Source of the DNA: Escherichia coli | Lineage (GTDB): Bacteria; Pseudomonadota; Gammaproteobacteria; Enterobacterales; Enterobacteriaceae | DNA length: 10,236 nucleotides | Reading direction: 5' to 3' (one strand) | NCBI RefSeq assembly: GCF_003334355.1 | Contig: NZ_QOWP01000056.1 | Part shown: positions 7,895 to 10,236 of the stretch, in pieces | How positions within the stretch are numbered: the stretch's first letter is position 1 | How the letters are laid out: each line of letters starts with the position of its first letter | The notes under the pieces: model-generated | Databases searched by the model: none | Seen by the model: the letters and a program-made list of their open reading frames with translations, nothing else | Told to the model about the DNA's origin: nothing | Made by a program: the position numbers and the translations under genes

Positions 7895-8955
7895 CCGTCC
7901 AGAAGAAGACATTTTCACTGGCTGGTATGTCGCCAAAATCCAGCAATATGACGGCAAAGTCAGGCATTAATACAGCAGATACAAGCAAAGTTTATCATTT
8001 GCTGGTGGTCGGAACGGATGCCTTAACCATATCAGAAATCTCGGGCGATGATATTAGCATTGAGAAGGTCAGCGGCTGCGCCAGAAAATTTCTGGTCGTA
8101 GATGATGTCTTCCGCTCGTGTAGTGACTCCACAAAAACATTCGTCCACGCGCGTGACGTTAACGAAATGAGCGCGATGTACTGTGCATCTGGTGCTTCCA
8201 ATAGCGAGTTTTCGGAGTCCATAAAAAAGAGCTTGCCGTTATGCGGCAACACGGTTTATGGTTATAAGGCACCTCATAAAACGGGTGCCGGGATTGGCGT
8301 CCTGGTAAATCGAATGGCGACATATGACGCGCCGAGCGTCTTTTTTTATGTCGTAGGTCTGACTCACCCATTTTTTGGGCGTTGGTGTATAATCCAGCGC
8401 CTTTGTCAATCAATGGTGGCTCAGGCAGGGGCTTCTTCGGAAGCGCCGGTATCCATTCGAGCCGGTTACGCCAACCCTGTCTGGGCTACCACCAGCGAAA
8501 TTGGCGTTTCCGGTGGTAGCGTTACATGCTATCGAATGGAGGCTGCCACATGCTGGCTACTACCCCTACCCAAAAACCGCAATTTATCTGGATTATCGCC
8601 GCAGTTCGCCGCGATTGCCCGACAATTACCGCCAAAATTCATCATATTGCTGCCGAGTCTGAACGCGATGCTCGCCGTTCTCTGGTGCGCGATCACGTCT
8701 GCTTTTTTGCTGGTCGTATCCGCATGGAGGTGGCACATGATTAAAACCTACGATGTGCATATGGATCCCCTCGAACGCACAAGCCAGATCATCACACTGA
8801 CAGAAGTGATTAACGACATTCTGGTGAGCAACTCTCCCTCACGAGACGAAAGACTGAAGGCGTTACTCGCGATATTGGATCTCGCCGTTCGTGACGTTCA
8901 TTTCCTGCTGGAAGGTGGCGAAATGCCAGGAAAAACGGGGGCAACCAATGAATAA
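7888..8955 (+). CDS. Unresolved 355-codon open frame: real N-terminal gene start at 7888; frame stays open through the structured RNA region, the Icd-like gene (other frame) and the 8737 small gene
   Basis: ATG 7888 with GGAGG 7 nt upstream and ATGCTAA overlap with the upstream stop supports initiation. No stop in this frame until 8953-8955. Residues ~176-215 ([35 protein letters not shown]) resemble what databases label ash family protein, but this stretch coincides with strong RNA hairpins. The true C-terminus is unknown. Confidence 0.3.
   Translation: MLTVQKKTFSLAGMSPKSSNMTAKSGINTADTSKVYHLLVVGTDALTISEISGDDISIEKVSGCARKFLVVDDVFRSCSDSTKTFVHARDVNEMSAMYCASGASNSEFSESIKKSLPLCGNTVYGYKAPHKTGAGIGVLVNRMATYDAPSVFFYVVGLTHPFFGRWCIIQRLCQSMVAQAGASSEAPVSIRAGYANPVWATTSEIGVSGGSVTCYRMEAATCWLLPLPKNRNLSGLSPQFAAIARQLPPKFIILLPSLNAMLAVLWCAITSAFLLVVSAWRWHMIKTYDVHMDPLERTSQIITLTEVINDILVSNSPSRDERLKALLAILDLAVRDVHFLLEGGEMPGKTGATNE
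8326..8347 (+). terminator. Intrinsic-terminator-like element inside the 7888 frame
   Basis: GACGC (8326-8330) / GCGTC (8336-8340) 5-bp GC-rich stem, 5-nt loop, followed by seven T (8341-8347). A second T6 run is at 8371-8376. Confidence 0.35.
8388..8393 (+). promoter_or_regulatory. Consensus -10 hexamer TATAAT, TG immediately upstream; possible promoter for the structured RNA/icd leader
   Basis: GTGTATAAT at 8385-8393. No convincing -35 at 17 bp spacing, so weak. Confidence 0.25.
8428..8520 (+). ncRNA. Candidate c4/CI-type antisense regulatory RNA (three consecutive hairpins)
   Basis: HP1 8431-8444: GCTTC/GAAGC stem with TTCG tetraloop. HP2 8445-8466: 6-bp stem (2 wobble) with a 10-nt loop carrying TCCATTCGA (8452-8460). 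HP3 8485-8520: 9-bp stem CTACCACC.../...GGTGGTAG plus 6-bp inner stem, TTGG loop. The HP2 loop is exactly complementary to TCGAATGGA (8532-8540), which overlaps the GGAGG SD of the Icd-like gene, and 8/9 complementary to 8310-8317. Confidence 0.4.
8550..8744 (+). CDS. Host cell division inhibitor Icd-like protein (64 aa)
   Basis: ATG 8550 with GGAGG 8538-8542. Translation [64 protein letters not shown]; the F-x-W-x-x-x-A-V-R-R ... E-x-x-A-R-R ... F-A-x-R pattern matches my recollection of Icd-like proteins of P1/P4-type elements. The track start at 8526 lacks an SD. Confidence 0.6.
   Translation: MLATTPTQKPQFIWIIAAVRRDCPTITAKIHHIAAESERDARRSLVRDHVCFFAGRIRMEVAHD
8737..8955 (+). CDS. Small acidic hypothetical protein (72 aa), independently initiated
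   Basis: ATG 8737 with GGAGGTGG at 8727-8734; overlaps the icd-like stop as ATGATTAA. Translation [72 protein letters not shown]. Same frame as the 7888 ORF. Confidence 0.55.
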   Translation: MIKTYDVHMDPLERTSQIITLTEVINDILVSNSPSRDERLKALLAILDLAVRDVHFLLEGGEMPGKTGATNE

Positions 8956-9142
8956 CTCAATTAATACCCCTCGCCTTACGTCCGCACTTCAATTAATCGA
9001 GCAAGCAGCGGCTGTCCTGGTTGCTGTCAGTCTTTCGGCTGAAGAAATGGACGCTGCTGATGTCGTGGATGCGATTAAAGCGTGCTCATCTTTGGTTAAC
9101 GATGCCCGTGCCGAGCTGGTAATTCTTGGGGGTGAAAAATGA
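8948..9142 (+). CDS. Small acidic hypothetical protein (64 aa)
   Basis: ATG 8948 overlapping the upstream stop (ATGAATAA); [64 protein letters not shown]. The track start at 8891 lies inside the upstream gene. Confidence 0.6.
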   Translation: MNNSINTPRLTSALQLIEQAAAVLVAVSLSAEEMDAADVVDAIKACSSLVNDARAELVILGGEK

Positions 9143-9402
9143 ATATCAACTTAATTTATCGTCATCCGTGTGAGCTGGAAATTGAATCATTGCTGGGGCG
9201 TGAAGAGCCATATCCAGACACATTCACTCCCGCAGATTGCGCGACTGAACGGCTTACCAGAGCGCGCACAGGTCTGGTTCATGTGATGAATGAGATTGTT
9301 CCCTCGGTGGGAGGGGAACAGGCGACAGTAATCAATAGCTGGCTACAAAAAGTTACCTCCCTGATAGATATCGGTTTAATCGATGTGGAGAGTGCGAAAT
9401 GA
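9139..9402 (+). CDS. Small acidic hypothetical protein (87 aa)
   Basis: ATGA overlap with upstream stop; GGGGGTG upstream; MNINLIYRHPCELEIESLLGREEPYPDTF... Confidence 0.65.
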   Translation: MNINLIYRHPCELEIESLLGREEPYPDTFTPADCATERLTRARTGLVHVMNEIVPSVGGEQATVINSWLQKVTSLIDIGLIDVESAK

Positions 9403-9620
9403 CCAACATCCAGCTCATTGAAGCGCAATGTCGCATCGAACAGGTTCAGACTGTTTTAGGGTTCTGGCTTGAAGGGGCCAGCCCCAGCAACAGAGACAAG
9501 TTAATGATTGGCGCGGTTATGTCACTGCTCAATGGCGTACCAGAAGCTATTCAGGAAGCGGACGAATTGTTGGGCAAATATGAGTTACAGAATCATTCAG
9601 GCGAGGCGAAACATGAATAA
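9399..9620 (+). CDS. Small acidic hypothetical protein (73 aa)
   Basis: ATGA overlap with upstream stop; GGAG at 9387-9390; MTNIQLIEAQCRIEQVQTVLGFWLEGASPSNRDKLMIGAVMSLLNGVPEAIQEADELLGKYELQNHSGEAKHE. Confidence 0.6.
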   Translation: MTNIQLIEAQCRIEQVQTVLGFWLEGASPSNRDKLMIGAVMSLLNGVPEAIQEADELLGKYELQNHSGEAKHE

Positions 9621-10161
9621 TTTCTTAACCTTCCATGCAGAAGCAACGCCTGACGGCGTAAACATCATGCACCGCAGCAACGATGGCATGACAGAACGCG
9701 TTGAGACCGTCTCATATATTGATGCCGTAAATCGTCTGGATGCCGGGGATTATGACGATAAACCAGATGAAGGCATGTTTATACATCTCGCTATTGCCAG
9801 TGGCGGCAACCAGGGATATTTCGATTACACATCACAGCATCACGTGATTATGTGGCGCTGGCTGATAGCAACAGCATTCATCAATGAAATGAGAAAGGAA
9901 AACGGCACCGTCAGCATTATTGATGACAGTGGCAATCATTCCGTGGTTTCTGTTTATTCCAATGGCATCGTCGCCATGCCGCTGTATCCAGTAGCAGAGC
10001 GCCTCGCTATGGCAAACAACATTGAGGGCGCAATGATCGAGAAATATGGTGTTGATGTCGGAACAAAGAATGCCATCATTTTTTACAGCAACATGTTCGA
10101 TGTCGAACAGGGAACACTCACTTCGTTTGGGCGAGAAGTGCTTGCCGATCTTCACAACTGA
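9613..10161 (+). CDS. Hypothetical protein (182 aa); stop codon supplied by the first 3 nt of the downstream IS, so possibly C-terminally truncated
   Basis: ATG 9613 overlapping upstream stop (ATGAATAA), GAGG at 9603-9606; MNNFLTFHAEATPDGVNIMHRSNDGMTERVETVSYIDAVNRLDAGDYDDKPDEGMF.... The track start at 9508 is inside the upstream gene. TGA 10159-10161 coincides with the IS terminal TGAACCGCC. Confidence 0.7.
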   Translation: MNNFLTFHAEATPDGVNIMHRSNDGMTERVETVSYIDAVNRLDAGDYDDKPDEGMFIHLAIASGGNQGYFDYTSQHHVIMWRWLIATAFINEMRKENGTVSIIDDSGNHSVVSVYSNGIVAMPLYPVAERLAMANNIEGAMIEKYGVDVGTKNAIIFYSNMFDVEQGTLTSFGREVLADLHN

Positions 10162-10236
10162 ACCGCCCCGGAAATCCTGGAGACTAAACTCCCTGAGAAA
10201 GAGGTAAACAGGATGACTAAAAATACTCGTTTTTCC
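10159..10236 (+). mobile_element. IS3-family insertion sequence (IS629/IS1203-like), left end; continues beyond window
   Basis: TGAACCGCCCCGGAAATCCTGGAGACTAAACTCCCTGAGAAAGAGGTAAACAGG then ATG...MTKNTRFS matches my recollection of the IS629-type left inverted repeat and OrfA N-terminus. From memory, not verified. Confidence 0.65.
10213..10236 (+). CDS. IS3-family transposase OrfA, N-terminal 8 codons (3'-partial at window edge)
   Basis: ATG 10213 preceded by GAGG; MTKNTRFS...; only 24 nt available. Confidence 0.5.

Noticed and set aside
8526-8549. Earlier start for the Icd-like gene (MLSNGGCH...)
   Set aside because: No SD upstream; the ATG at 8550 has GGAGG at 7-nt spacing.
7709-8738. Minus-strand ORFs 7709-7957, 7995-8252, 8159-8413, 8529-8738
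   Set aside because: Antisense to the rightward operon, no start signals, unremarkable translations.
9832-10155. 107-aa minus-strand ORF inside the last island gene
   Set aside because: Antisense to a gene with a coupled start; no start signals.
1-10236. CRISPR array or other tandem repeat array
   Set aside because: No regularly spaced repeats of 25-40 bp with unique spacers anywhere in the window.

Overview
Enterobacterial (E. coli/Shigella-like) chromosomal segment; all identifications are from reading the sequence and from memory, with no database search. Left to right: the terminal ~158 bp of an IS10 element inserted into crl (only the last ~35 codons of crl remain), phoE (minus strand) with Pho boxes, proB-proA, tRNA-Thr thrW, then a thrW-integrated island. 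The island has a P4-type tyrosine integrase, a ~650-bp repeat- and palindrome-rich spacer, an AlpA-family regulator and a rightward, translationally coupled operon (hypothetical 143 aa, AntA-like antirepressor, small proteins, Icd-like protein, four small acidic proteins). It is interrupted at 10159 by the left end of an IS3-family (IS629-like) element, which supplies the stop codon of the last island ORF. The most interesting signal is at 8431-8520: three consecutive hairpins, one of which displays in its loop a 9-nt sequence exactly complementary to the Shine-Dalgarno region of the Icd-like gene, with a weaker copy of the target upstream. This resembles the antisense-RNA immunity logic of phage P1 immI (c4) and P4 (CI RNA), and it sits inside a 1,068-nt stop-free frame whose coding status is unresolved.
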